Shown piece by piece: positions 24,701-35,500 of a stretch of 64,000 nucleotides of DNA. Numbering within the stretch: position 1 is the stretch's first letter; the number at the start of each line of letters is the position of its first letter. This stretch comes from Octopus vulgaris (Eukaryota), in NCBI GenBank assembly GCA_951406725.2, contig OX597815.1, positions 21,514,001 through 21,578,000 on the forward strand, in the 5' to 3' direction. The translations under genes and the position numbers were made by a program. The notes under the pieces are model-generated. The model saw only the letters and a program-made list of their open reading frames with translations. It did no database searches and was not told the DNA's origin.

Positions 24701-27700
24701 TAACGCCAACCACTCCGAGAGTGCAGCGGGTGCTTTTACGTGCCACCGGCACGAGGGCCAGTTTGGTGGTACTGGCAATGGCCACGTCCAAATGGTGCTT
24801 TTTACATACCACTTGCACAGGAGCCAGTCCAGTGGCACTGGCGATGACCTTGCTCGAATGTTTCACGTACCACCAGCACAAGTGCTAGTAAGGCGAAGCG
24901 GTATCGATCACACTCGAATGGTGTACTTAACGTGCCATCGGCATGAAGGCCAGCTTGTTGCTCTGGCAATGATATTCCAATATATAAAGGACTTAATGCT
25001 AGACACTGGCCATAAACGTAATTTAAATTGAATTGAAGAGATGGTTTAAGATTATGATTTACTACAGTTTCATCTGGTAAATTGTCAAAATCATAACACA
25101 CACACATACACACTCATGTAAATATGTAGGTTTGATAGTAGTACAAACAGGATAGAAATAGAACACAAAACATGAGTGTGAGTATTTTTTATTTTCAATA
25201 GGCAGAAGCTACAAAGTGACTCAAGGACCAAGAGTATCATAATAATAATAATAATAATAATAATGATAATAATGAAATTATTGTATACATTGCTCAGGTG
25301 CACCACAACTTGTCAAAAGTGCATATAAAGTATATGCAGTAATGTACAAATGTCTGGAAAGTGAACAGTGTATGAGTCAGATAGAAGGGAGAAAATCAAG
25401 TGTAGTGTTGGTGAATCTCAGGAAGCATGGAAGTTTTGAAGGATGCAGTGCTCCGACAACTAACAACTGATGCCGGCAGTTTGTTCCATGCTTCAGCAAC
25501 TCTTAGCGTGAAAAAATGTTTCTGAAAGTCATGGAAGCTGTGCTGGTTTCTGACTTTGTATGGCACTTATCAAGATCTTATCCATTGAGTCACTTTGTAC
25601 ATTCTGCTTGTTAAAAATAAAACATATGTATATATGCATACCAGTAATTGATAGCAGAATGTGTTTATTGATAGCAGAATGTGTTTATCAAAACCTACTT
25701 GTCAATTACACCCAGAGTGCCTTTTTCTTTCCTCTTTACAAGGTCAACAAAATAAGTGCCAGACAAAGTACTTCAATGAATACAACTGACTTATGAAAAT
25801 CCAGTACAAAACTTGAAGAACAAATAATTTTTAATTTTCAACAAGCCTTACCTTTCTATAATGTTGTATAAGGGCAGAGTTTGACATACCTCCTTTGTAA
25901 TAGCATGGTGTCACTACAAGTGCAGTGTCAGCACCAATTGATGCTATTTGGTTGGTAAACTTAATGGTTGCTTGTGTTGCTGAAAGTATATAAAATTTGT
26001 ACTGTAAATCCTCGAGTATAGTCCGCCCTTGAGTATAATATGCAGGGGATTTTTAGGGGGCTGTACCTCTGAAAAACCTAAACCTTGAGTCAAGGAGGTC
26101 TATATAACGTCCTTGGTTTGAAAAATTGTATACGGTAACGTCCTTTATTACTATTGCATATATAACAAAATGCAAACGTGTAGCTTTTTTGTTCATCTTG
26201 TTTGAAAAAAAATAAAGAAATAACAGTAATAACGTTTAATAAATGTTGCTTACTGCAAGTTATGGATGATTCTTTTATGACTTCATTGCTTTCAGGCTTA
26301 GCTTAAGGTATTTTCGTGCCCAACATCACAAAATCCGCCTGAATAGACATTGCCGGACAGCAAATAGAGACTTGGACATTGCTTAGAAAATAGTTTTCAT
26401 TTTTAACCTCGTATATAGTACGCACTAGGGATTTTGACCTCTAAATTTTGGGAAAAATACGGATTATACTCGAGGATTTACGGTAACCTTTTCAGTTAAC
26501 CTATGTTGGAACTAATGGAGACTTCATCCTCATCTTCATACAATATTTTAGAATATGATGGACTTGAGTGATTTACAATTACCTTTTCTAAAGTCATACA
26601 AACATTTGAGTTGTGCTGTAGTCTAACAAAAAAACTTACCAAGTATGAAATGCACTTCTTGTTTAGTGAAGGTGCATTGTACCTCCTCATGGTGCTTATT
26701 TATAGTTAGTGTAATTAAGCCATGGAAAACCTAAACCTTTGCTACAGAGGGACACAATGTAGCTTCAGATAGAAAACTGTCATCTCTGAAGGTGGTAAAT
26801 AGTGAAGTAGGCACTAATATACTTAATGAAATGTATATGATCACTTTAATTAATAAGGGCTATATTCACATTGAGAAGGCGGCGAGCTGGCAGAAATGTT
26901 AGCACGCCGGGCGAAATGTTTAGCGATATTTCGTCTGCTGCTACGTTCTGAGCTCAAATTCCGCCGAGGTCAACTTTGCCTTTCATCCTTTTGGGGTCGA
27001 TTAAATAAGTACCAGTTATGCACTGGGGTCGATACAATCGACTTAATCCGTTTGTTTGTCCCCTCTGTGTTTAGCTCCTTGTGGGTAGTAAAGAAATAAA
27101 TGTTTAATTAAACCAAACCAAAAGGCATGGGAAATAACTCAAAATCAATAGGAATTTTTTCTTTTTACTTTAATGAGTTGACACATGAGAATCCAAATTA
27201 ATTAAAATTATAAATAGATAATGTGGAGTGGGGTGGATGGATAGTCTGTTTTTAATAGATGTGAAAACAACTCTAGACATGTTTTAGTATTATCAGACCT
27301 CTTCATCTAAGTATGTTATTTATATATATGATAGATCAATTGATATAGAGAAACATTTATGCACATACAAAGATGTACATATACTGGTATGATAAAACAA
27401 CATCTTATCAACTTGGCTAGTTAGAAATGCCTAAACATAGACAAATGATCATGATTATTATTTAAGCCCGTTTTTCATACTGGTATGGGTTAGACAAGAG
27501 CTGGCAAGCCAAAGGACTGCATTGTGCTCCAATGTCTGCTTTGGTATGGTTCCTATGGTTGAATGTCTTTCCTAATGCTAACCACTTTACAAAGTATACT
27601 GGGTGCTTTTTACATAGCACCAACATTAGTAAAGTCAATAAATAACTCACAAGGCAAGACCCCACAAATGAAATGGGTGAGTAGTATTGAGGAAGTATTA

Positions 27701-30700
27701 AGTGATTAAAGTATGACAGAACAGGAACATAGGGTGATACATGGTTACCCCACTTGGTAGAGAAGAAGGATAGTGGTGAAGATATGTCAGGGTTTACCCT
27801 CAAGTTACAGGAAGGTGAATACAAGAGAAGAGGTATGGGTGGGTAAGTAGTGATCATTGATAAAATTCAGTTACATTCTAATATGACTGTCTGATTGCCT
27901 GTCAGTAGCAATGAAGTACAATGAAGTACATAAGTAGTTCTGTTGTTGTTTAAGCCTGGGTAAGCCTTGGTTGAGCAGATCTATGAGCAAAAGGTTTCTC
28001 ATCTTTTTAAATATATTTAGGACTACATTGTTTAATGTGTCCTTCCAATTTTTAAGATGGAAGGATATGATATGAAGGAGCTTTAGTTGTTATTTCAGGT
28101 AGACTAAATGAACATTTATTTCACATAATATTTTCATTGAATGCTTTTACCAATTTATACAAGCCAATCGTAGGGAATCAATATGGTAAAAATAACAGCT
28201 AAGTCTCCCTCAAATCACACTTATCTAAATGTCACAAAGATATAGTAAGATGTGTAGTCGTAATCTCTCTATATATAAAGCTGAAGTTGTCTGTGTATGG
28301 CAGGTTTGGTAGCCTTCAACTAGCACATTCTCCCCCGAGACCCTGCGGCACAAGTTGACCAAAATTGAGAGTATGATAGAAGACTTGCTCTTCCTTCCGT
28401 AGAAGAAAAAATTCAAATCAGACCATGTTAACACCAAAAATTATTTACATCAAAAAGGTGCATTTTTTCTATGAAAATCCCTATTTTTTACGATTTTTTG
28501 ACTGCTGTGTCGTCATTTTTCGGTGTATTTCAACCAGAAAAATGTTCAATTAAGGCTACATAATGCAAAATTTTTACTTTTCAAAAATTTCAATTCTAAA
28601 GGGTCGAAACAAACCTAAGCAACGTCTAAAAGAAAAAAAAAAGAAAAACTATATGGTCACAGCTGGATCACCTTGACCCAGCAACAATCTTCACCAGGCA
28701 CCATATCTTAAAGCTAACAAATATCTTCTAAGTGAAAGATAATTTTTTTTGTATGTAAATGATGTTAATTCAATATAGGTTATCTTTCATTTACGAAAAC
28801 CTATGCAGAAGATTAGTTAAAATGTAATACCACCACCAGGTCACCTTTAAAATAAATTAAGTGCGGTTTCTCTCTCCACCTTCAAAAGTACAAAGTAAAA
28901 AATGAAATTTTGTTTGAACTACTTTGAAAGGAGATATAATTTGAAACACTAGACACTTGTGTTCTATATGCATATTGTCAGTTTTGAATATCAAGAGCTT
29001 AATTAAGTAAGAAATGACATTTCTATCCATGCAGACTTAATTTATACTTAAATTAGACTTCAGTTGAAATATTAAGTCATTTAATTGAAACTTTCCGCAG
29101 CTGGATGCCCTTCCAAATACTAAACACTTCACAGAGTGTACAGGGTACATTTTACCTAGCTTTGGTACTAGTGCAGTCATCAAATAACTTGCTAGACAAA
29201 GCCCCTCAATTGATGGGGGAGTAGTATTGGGGAAGTAGGCTTGATGCCAGGTGATGAGAGGTTACAATATGATAGAGGGATAGAAACAGGTAACTCGTAG
29301 TAGAGGCTACCCCAAGTGGAAAAGGAAAAGACAGTGATGTGGTGTTTGGGTGTACCCTTAATAGTTGAAAGTAAATATAATAGAAGCAGTTCAGAGGATT
29401 GGACAGAATGAATGGGTAGGTTTGTGAGAGAGTGAAATGAAAGCAGCAGATGGATAGAGATGGAGAAATAGGTGAATGCAGGTGAGACAGTGCTTTTAGT
29501 GAGGGCATTGTGTCTTCTATTATAGTCCTGAGTCGACCAAAGCCTTGTGTGTGGATTTTGAAGATGGCTAGACAAAGGATAAGGAAATTATTTTCTATAA
29601 ATATCTTAAAACCATATTTCAAGCTAAACAGTAACCATGTCAATCTCAACAGAGTGAGATGACCCCTCTTCCTTTGTAGGACACTACTTTGAGAATCTTA
29701 CAAAAAAATGGCCAGACAGCCAGTATTTTGGGGGAACTTCACATGTTATGTCATTTGAGAAACTATATATATAAGTAATATTTTTATTATTTTAGATTTA
29801 ACCAAAGGAAGAGATGCAGGGTCAAAAGACTTCCCAAAACAAAGTAGAGATCACTGGTTTAGGCTAATATGGTTAATACTCTGTTTCCTAGACAAGTTGG
29901 TAGAGACAGCAAATTAATGTTTGGTTGGAATTTTTGAACGCTATTGGATGGTTATACAGGATGATAGTTTCAGAGGCCTGTAGCTGTGATAAAGAAGGAT
30001 TAGAAAAAAGAATTTACTGGGACATATCAGATAGTAAAATGAGAGGAAGAGGAGATAAAGCAAGTGAAATGGAAGGAATTAAGTGGTGGTTGTGCCATAT
30101 AATTAGTGAAGAGCAGAAAACATCATAGCAGAAGAGAAAAGAAAGAAGGTAGCTCAACACTAGGAAAGTGGTTCCAACATGGTACTATTCAGGAAAAATG
30201 AAATTAAATACTTACATTCACAACCAGTACCAACCATTATGACTTTGTCATCTCCTTTGGTCAAACTAATAACTTTCTGTACAATGTCCAATCGTTCTTC
30301 CAGACTTAAAAAGACATATTCTCCATTTGATCCCATCAAAGTGTAACCTATTCAAAAAAGAAAGAATAAATAATGGAGCTCTCATTCAAATTAGAATATT
30401 AAATAAACAAATTACAGTGTGTTCTGGTATAGCATATCCAACCCATAACCTGCTTTAAATGCACAGTGAAACAGCTTTATTTACATTCTCAACCTTTATA
30501 GAATGTATGAACTGATCTATTGACTCATCAGTTTCCTGTTAGAAAGAAGACAGAACTAATCATTTCAACAATATATGTCATAGTTCAGGAAGTATTATTG
30601 ATTATCTTTATGAAAAAAAAAATTATTTTTTGCAGTAAAAATTATAATCGTAATAATTTTTCATCACACTACTGTGACATTGTGTGATGAAAAATTTGAT

Positions 30701-33589
30701 AAATTAGTTAACAATCGACCTTTATGACAAATTAGCAAGCAAGCCATAAAAGTGAAGGGAGCTACAAGTACATATTTATTTTTATGGAGATGTACTTGCA
30801 TAGCAAGTGGCCTGATCTGAGATCGTGTGCTGGAATGAAAACAATTGCAGCATGGAAGGTGTTTATAAGCCATTTAAGAAACACACATGAAAAACCGTTA
30901 AATGATGATGACTGATGAACATGTCACAGTAGTTTAATTTGAAAAATTTGATAAATTAGACAATCGACCTTTATGACAAAATTCTGTGCTGCATCTCATA
31001 TTTATTTATTTTTATTATTTATTTTTATTATATCTTTATTTTCTTCTGCTTTAAGTGGCTGAGAGGTTAAGAAGTTTGTTTCCCAACTACATGGTTTTGG
31101 GTTCCGTCCCACTGCATTGTGAGTGTCTTCTATTATAGTCCTGAGTCGACCAAAGCCTTGTGTGTGGATTTTGAAGATGGGAACTGAAAGAAGCAGTGTA
31201 TGTGTGTGTGTGTGTGTGTGTGTCTCCTTTTCTTGACATCATGATTTAGTTGTAAGTGAGCAGCTTTGTCATTTGTTTCCAATCTTCCATAAAAACATGT
31301 CCAGCTATGGAGATAAAGTACCTTACTTGCACATAGGTAAGGGTTTTGCAACAGAAAAGGTATCTGGCCATAACAAATCTGCTCCAATAAATTCCATTTG
31401 ACCCATGCAAGCATGGAAAAGTGGATTGCTGAGGATGATGTACTATGCTACAAATATTCAAGGTCATTTTAAGTTTTGCAGTAATATGTAGTCTGTCCCT
31501 AACTTTGTTGATTCGCAATTGAACAAATATTTTGTGATAATCAACATGTTCAATATTAAGGAATTTTCAAAATCTTCACTGTTGAGATTCTGGTATTTTT
31601 TTCACAAAATTTAAAATAACAACACAGGTTTTTTATTATTTTTTTTCTTTTTGAATTTTGTATAAGAAGTTCTATATTAATGTAGAAGCATCATCAGTAT
31701 TTGTCTATAAAAGATTAGTACATTTGGTAAAGGCATTAACATCACAACAGCCTAATGAGATAAATCTGAAGTCTTATACCGATATTAAAACCCCATATTG
31801 ACTGAATCATGGAATGTTTCGATCCATAATCCATAATGCTTAAACCCAAATTCCACCGAACCTAGTACTGTTTAAAAAAAAAAAATTTAAGCCCGGTACT
31901 TTTATTATTGCTATCTTTTGCCGGACTGCGAAGTTATGGGGACATAAATAAACTAACACCAGTTGTCAAACGGTGGTGGGGGACATAGACACACAGAAAT
32001 ACGATATCCTTGTAAATACTGCATAGTCAACTAGAATTTTATCGTAGTTTGCAGTGCAAATCTCAAATCTGAAATCACATGGGGTAAAACGAAATCACTT
32101 TTATGGATAATATGAAATCGATTTTATTCTACTTTCCGAATTGGGGGTAATCTGAAAGTGATACACCCGAGGGAGGTTGCAAAAGAACAAATGGTGTTCA
32201 ATCGCGAGAGGATTAAGTCTTTCACCCACAAACTCAGGACGTAAAGAGTCATCCGATGTTCTCACATAGCCCGGACAACTACTTTATTTTATCGACCCTT
32301 GAAAGGATGAAAGGTAATGATGACAGACGGAACTGGAACTCAGAGACCCGGAACAAAATACCACAAAGCATATATTTTATTTTAAGCTCCAAGAAATTCC
32401 AGTTCGCTAGCAATCCGCACACATGGATTTGGTAGTTACCTTTAAGAGAAGACTCAATACGTTTGTAGTGTAAAGAAAATTAATATTGGGATTTGAAGGT
32501 TCAATCTCTCTGTGAGGTACTGAATATTAAACACATTTTTTTTTTGATTTTCTGATATTTGTTACGCCCTATATTAACCGTTACGGTTAATAACCGTAAC
32601 GGTTAATTTGTTACGCCCTATATTAACCGTTACCTCGATACGTTTGTAGAGTAAAGAAAATTAATATTGGGATTGGAAGGTTCAATCTCTCTTTGAGGTA
32701 CTGAATATTGGAACTGGAAGAGTCAAAATTGAACTTTCCAGTTTCAGTAATAAATTTTTATATAGATAGAGGGAAGTGAAACTTTCAGCAGTCTTCCTAT
32801 CCAGCTATTGTAAACTATTAATGGAATAAAGTGGATATAAAAATAACAGGAAATGTAATAAATAATGAAGACTTTGAACAAGTTAAAAACAGGAGCGATC
32901 TTTCGTCTCTAGTAGACCTTTCTGTCGATTTCCGTAAAAAAATTTTTTTTTTACATATGGGCTTGCGGGAACTTTTGAAGTAATGAGAGCGAAAGAGACT
33001 AAGAGAAAGCGATTGTATGACGAGGGAAGTTCTTTTGAAGTTACCGTGCATGGGAGCATTGATGTACATGTGTGTGTGTGTGTTTGATGGGGTGTGGGTG
33101 ACAGACAGTATGTTGTGTAAGTGAAGTGCTTCTGTTAGTGTGTGTGAAGAGACAGAGGTAACTTCAAAAGAACTTCCCTCGTCATACAATCGCTTTCTCT
33201 TAGTCTCTTTCGCTCTCATTACTTCAAAAGTTCCCGCAAGCCCATATGTAAAAAAAAAAAATTCTTTTACGGAAATCGACGGAAAGGTCTACTAGAGACG
33301 AAAGATTGCCAAAACGGGGAACAAAACAAAAAGGTGAGAAATCTGTAATCACCGACCAACCTTTGAATGGTACATTCTTCCATAAGGATAAATTATTCTC
33401 AAGTTTATCGAAGGCTATGGTCTCGTCGGCATTGAAGGGTGTTGTAATAGGAGGGAATATACCCGCTAAATCAAGTTTGTTTTTCGTCTGGGTGGACAGC
33501 GATGCAAATAGTATTCTGTTCTGGCGACAAGATGTTGCACAGAGGTAACCAGTTCGAATCGCTCTCCGAAATAAATTTCTGACAGGCAT
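18588..33589 (-). CDS. HOGA1: Mitochondrial 4-hydroxy-2-oxoglutarate aldolase (DHDPS family), complete, 7 exons, 335 aa
   Basis: complement(join(18588-18740,19717-19850,19937-20033,22264-22398,25852-25979,30216-30347,33361-33589)) = 1008 nt. Arg-rich presequence, [35 protein letters not shown], Schiff-base [28 protein letters not shown]. Confidence 0.95.
18993..19380 (-). mobile_element. CR1-clade LINE 3' fragment with (ATT)n tail
   Basis: FFTL.V..AWNKLP.SVV C-terminus; multiple copies in window. Confidence 0.8.
19717..19850 (-). CDS. HOGA1: HOGA1 exon 6 ([12 protein letters not shown]...APNQA)
   Basis: aag / gttag; motif. Confidence 0.92.
19937..20033 (-). CDS. HOGA1: HOGA1 exon 5 (IAKL...[11 protein letters not shown])
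   Basis: cag / gtatg; motif. Confidence 0.93.
20786..21140 (-). mobile_element. CR1-clade LINE 3' fragment
   Basis: [23 protein letters not shown]; (ATT)n tail. Confidence 0.8.
21400..21930 (-). mobile_element. Penelope-like element remnant (linker + GIY-YIG)
   Basis: Minus-strand frameshifted [12 protein letters not shown]...KIKVVDG, then [13 protein letters not shown]...TYIGET. Confidence 0.6.
22264..22398 (-). CDS. HOGA1: HOGA1 exon 4 (VADNS...[13 protein letters not shown])
   Basis: cag / gtaag; catalytic Lys motif. Confidence 0.94.
22635..22950 (-). mobile_element. RTE LINE 3' UTR fragment
   Basis: Conserved tail and 3 units. Confidence 0.8.
24045..24250 (-). mobile_element. tRNA-derived SINE (ggcggcgagctggcagaa family)
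   Basis: Homologous to 26878-27095, 47554-47945, 52467-52695 and 60605-60828. Confidence 0.8.
24579..24970 (-). mobile_element. RTE LINE 3' UTR fragment
   Basis: Conserved tail and 4 units. Confidence 0.8.
25240..25560 (-). mobile_element. CR1-clade LINE 3' fragment
   Basis: Homologous to the other CR1 copies. Confidence 0.8.
25852..25979 (-). CDS. HOGA1: HOGA1 exon 3 (STQAT...[10 protein letters not shown]...HYRK)
   Basis: cag / gtaag; motif. Confidence 0.93.
26002..26483. mobile_element. Tc1/pogo(Tigger)-type MITE
   Basis: TA|CTGTAAATCCTCGAGTATA...TATACTCGAGGATTTACGG|TA; a one-ended copy lies at 37965-38106. Confidence 0.85.
26878..27095 (+). mobile_element. tRNA-derived SINE (ggcggcgagctggcagaa family)
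   Basis: A/B boxes; ctttcatcct...gtaccag central domain. Confidence 0.8.
28264..28627 (+). mobile_element. Helitron-like non-autonomous element, 3' end damaged
   Basis: A|TCTCTCTATATATAAAG start; degenerate terminal hairpin, no CTAG. Confidence 0.5.
30216..30347 (-). CDS. HOGA1: HOGA1 exon 2 ([11 protein letters not shown]...GTGCE)
   Basis: tag / gtaag; motif. Confidence 0.93.
32898..33306. repeat. Near-perfect ~150-bp inverted repeat in HOGA1 intron 1
   Basis: 32898-33045 is the reverse complement of 33157-33306 (2 substitutions plus homopolymer length); 111-nt spacer. Confidence 0.95.
33361..33589 (-). CDS. HOGA1: HOGA1 exon 1 (MTS + [12 protein letters not shown])
   Basis: ATG at 33589, donor gttggt at 33360. 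Confidence 0.92.
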
Positions 33590-33968
33590 TTTTAACAGCT
33601 GTTTTCTTGAAACAAGTGCTTGTATATCCCACTTGTTCTCTTTTCTGAACTTTGCTTGGTTTTATATTCTTTTTTCTTCTCTCTCTTATCTCTCCTTCCT
33701 CTCACTTCCTCTCTGCCCGCCTGCTACTACAATTACACCTCTACAAGGCGAGCTGGCAGAATCGTTAGCACGCCGGGGCGAAATGCTTAGCAGTATTTCG
33801 TCTGCCGTTGCATTCCGAGTTCAAATTTCTCTGTGTGTACAAAGCTAGAAATTTTTGTGGGGAAAAGTGTTGTCGATTAGATCGGCCCCAGTACTTGACT
33901 TATACTTTTATTTTATCGATCTCTGAGGGATGAACAGCAAAATTAACCACAGTGGGATTTGAACGCAG

Positions 33969-34617
33969 GGTCAATATACAGTTTAAGACCCGGTCATGAA
34001 AAAAAAACAACAAAAAAACCTCAGCCTACTAGGTATAAAAAGATGCGTAGAAAACGATTATGAAAACAAAAAATTTGCCCAAACGAACGGGGTTGGGTGG
34101 GGAAAGGACTTTCGGAAAATTCACAAGACCTGATTTTTCCCTCTTAACTTTAAGGAAAATGGATATATATTAGTGAAATTTTATAGAAATACCCTTCAAA
34201 TGGCACAAATTACGATTATAAAGAAATTTGTGGGGAAAATATGGCTTTTTGTCGTTTTGGTGACCGAGCGCTAAATTAGATCCTGAAAGATATGAGGGAA
34301 AAAAGCCGGATCGTGTGAACTTTCCGACAGTCCTCTCCCTACCCCTTCGGAAAACATTTTCCCCACAAATTGTTTTATAATCGTAATCTATGATATTTGA
34401 AAGGTGTTTCTGTAAAATTTCATTAAAAGATATCCATTTTCCTGAAAGTTATGAGGGGGAAAAATCCGGCTTGTGTGAGTTTTCCGAAAGTCATCTCCCT
34501 GTTCGTTTGCGCAAATTTTTGTTTTCATATTCATTTTCTACACATTTTTTTTTTACACCTAGTAGACTGTTTTTTTTTTCTTCTGTTTTCGTGACCAGGG
34601 CTTAAACTATACTGACC
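33969..34617. mobile_element. Foldback/MULE-like element with ~270-bp TIRs, inserted in a SINE upstream of HOGA1
   Basis: GGTCA...TGACC termini; arms ~33969-34240 and ~34356-34617; degenerate 8-bp TSD gaacgcag/ggacacag (SINE consensus gaactcag). Confidence 0.75.
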
Positions 34618-34809
34618 GGACACAGAATGTAAAGAACCGGAGCAAATACTGCGATGCATTTTGTTTGACTCTTAACTCCTCTGTCATATCACCTTCTTCA
34701 TTTTTCTAAAATAGGTACAAGTTTGGGTGGACGTTGGGGTTAACTGAAGACTTCTAGGGGCTACTCGTTGAAACCAACAAAATCACGGTCATCCTCCTTC
34801 ATTCCATAC

Positions 34810-35081
34810 TGAAGCATGGAACAAACTGCCGGCATCAGTTGTTTTATAATCGTAAGTTGTTAGTTGTCGGAGCACTGCATCCTTCAAAACTTCCATGCTT
34901 CCTGAGATTCGCCAACACTACACCTGATTTTCTTCCCTCCATACACACGCAAGCATGTATCTGACTCATACACTGTTCACTTCCCAGACATTTGTACATT
35001 ACTGCATATGCTTCATACGCACTTTTGACAAGTTATGGTGCACCTGAGCACTGTATACAATAATTTCATTATTATTATTAT
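34810..35081 (+). mobile_element. CR1-clade LINE 3' fragment
   Basis: (ATT)n tail; homologous to the other copies. Confidence 0.8.
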
Positions 35082-35089
35082 TCTATAGG

Positions 35090-35500
35090 TGCATGCTTAG
35101 AGCTGGCTTGTTCACCAGGACAATCCTTGCTACTCTTAAGACACTTTTCAAATAATTTACTGGGAGCAGCACTCATTTCTCTACCATTATTTTCTCTTTC
35201 AAGTGAAACTTGGAAAAGCTGATGAGAGCATAGCCAAAGAGAAAGGTATCTGTCTTCATCGCTTCCAGTCTCGTCTACTGCACTACCTCACCTGGTTATT
35301 AAAGGATGATTTATGGTTAAATTTGTTTCAGAAAGGACCTTCTGTAGTGCCCACTTATCTTCACATGTCTGTCGGCCTGCTTGGGTCTTTGGTATCACCT
35401 CTGACATATATAATGGTATCTGTGTTGTGCATTGGCCATTAAGTGGACATGTGGTATTACCTCTGTATGAGTATTCTGCTTGTCTCATGTATGAGCTTAC
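35090..35500 (-). mobile_element. Penelope-like GIY-YIG remnant
   Basis: TCPLNGQC...LYMSEV...GTTEGPF*NKFNHKSSFNN on the minus strand across frameshifts. Confidence 0.6.

Noticed and set aside
32818-33219. 133-aa minus-strand ORF in HOGA1 intron 1
   Set aside because: Runs through the inverted repeat and a TG microsatellite; no protein-like features
35213-35250. Hammerhead ribozyme (CTGATGAG...GAAA) in a Penelope relic
   Set aside because: No stem II or flanking helices; lies antisense within the decayed ORF
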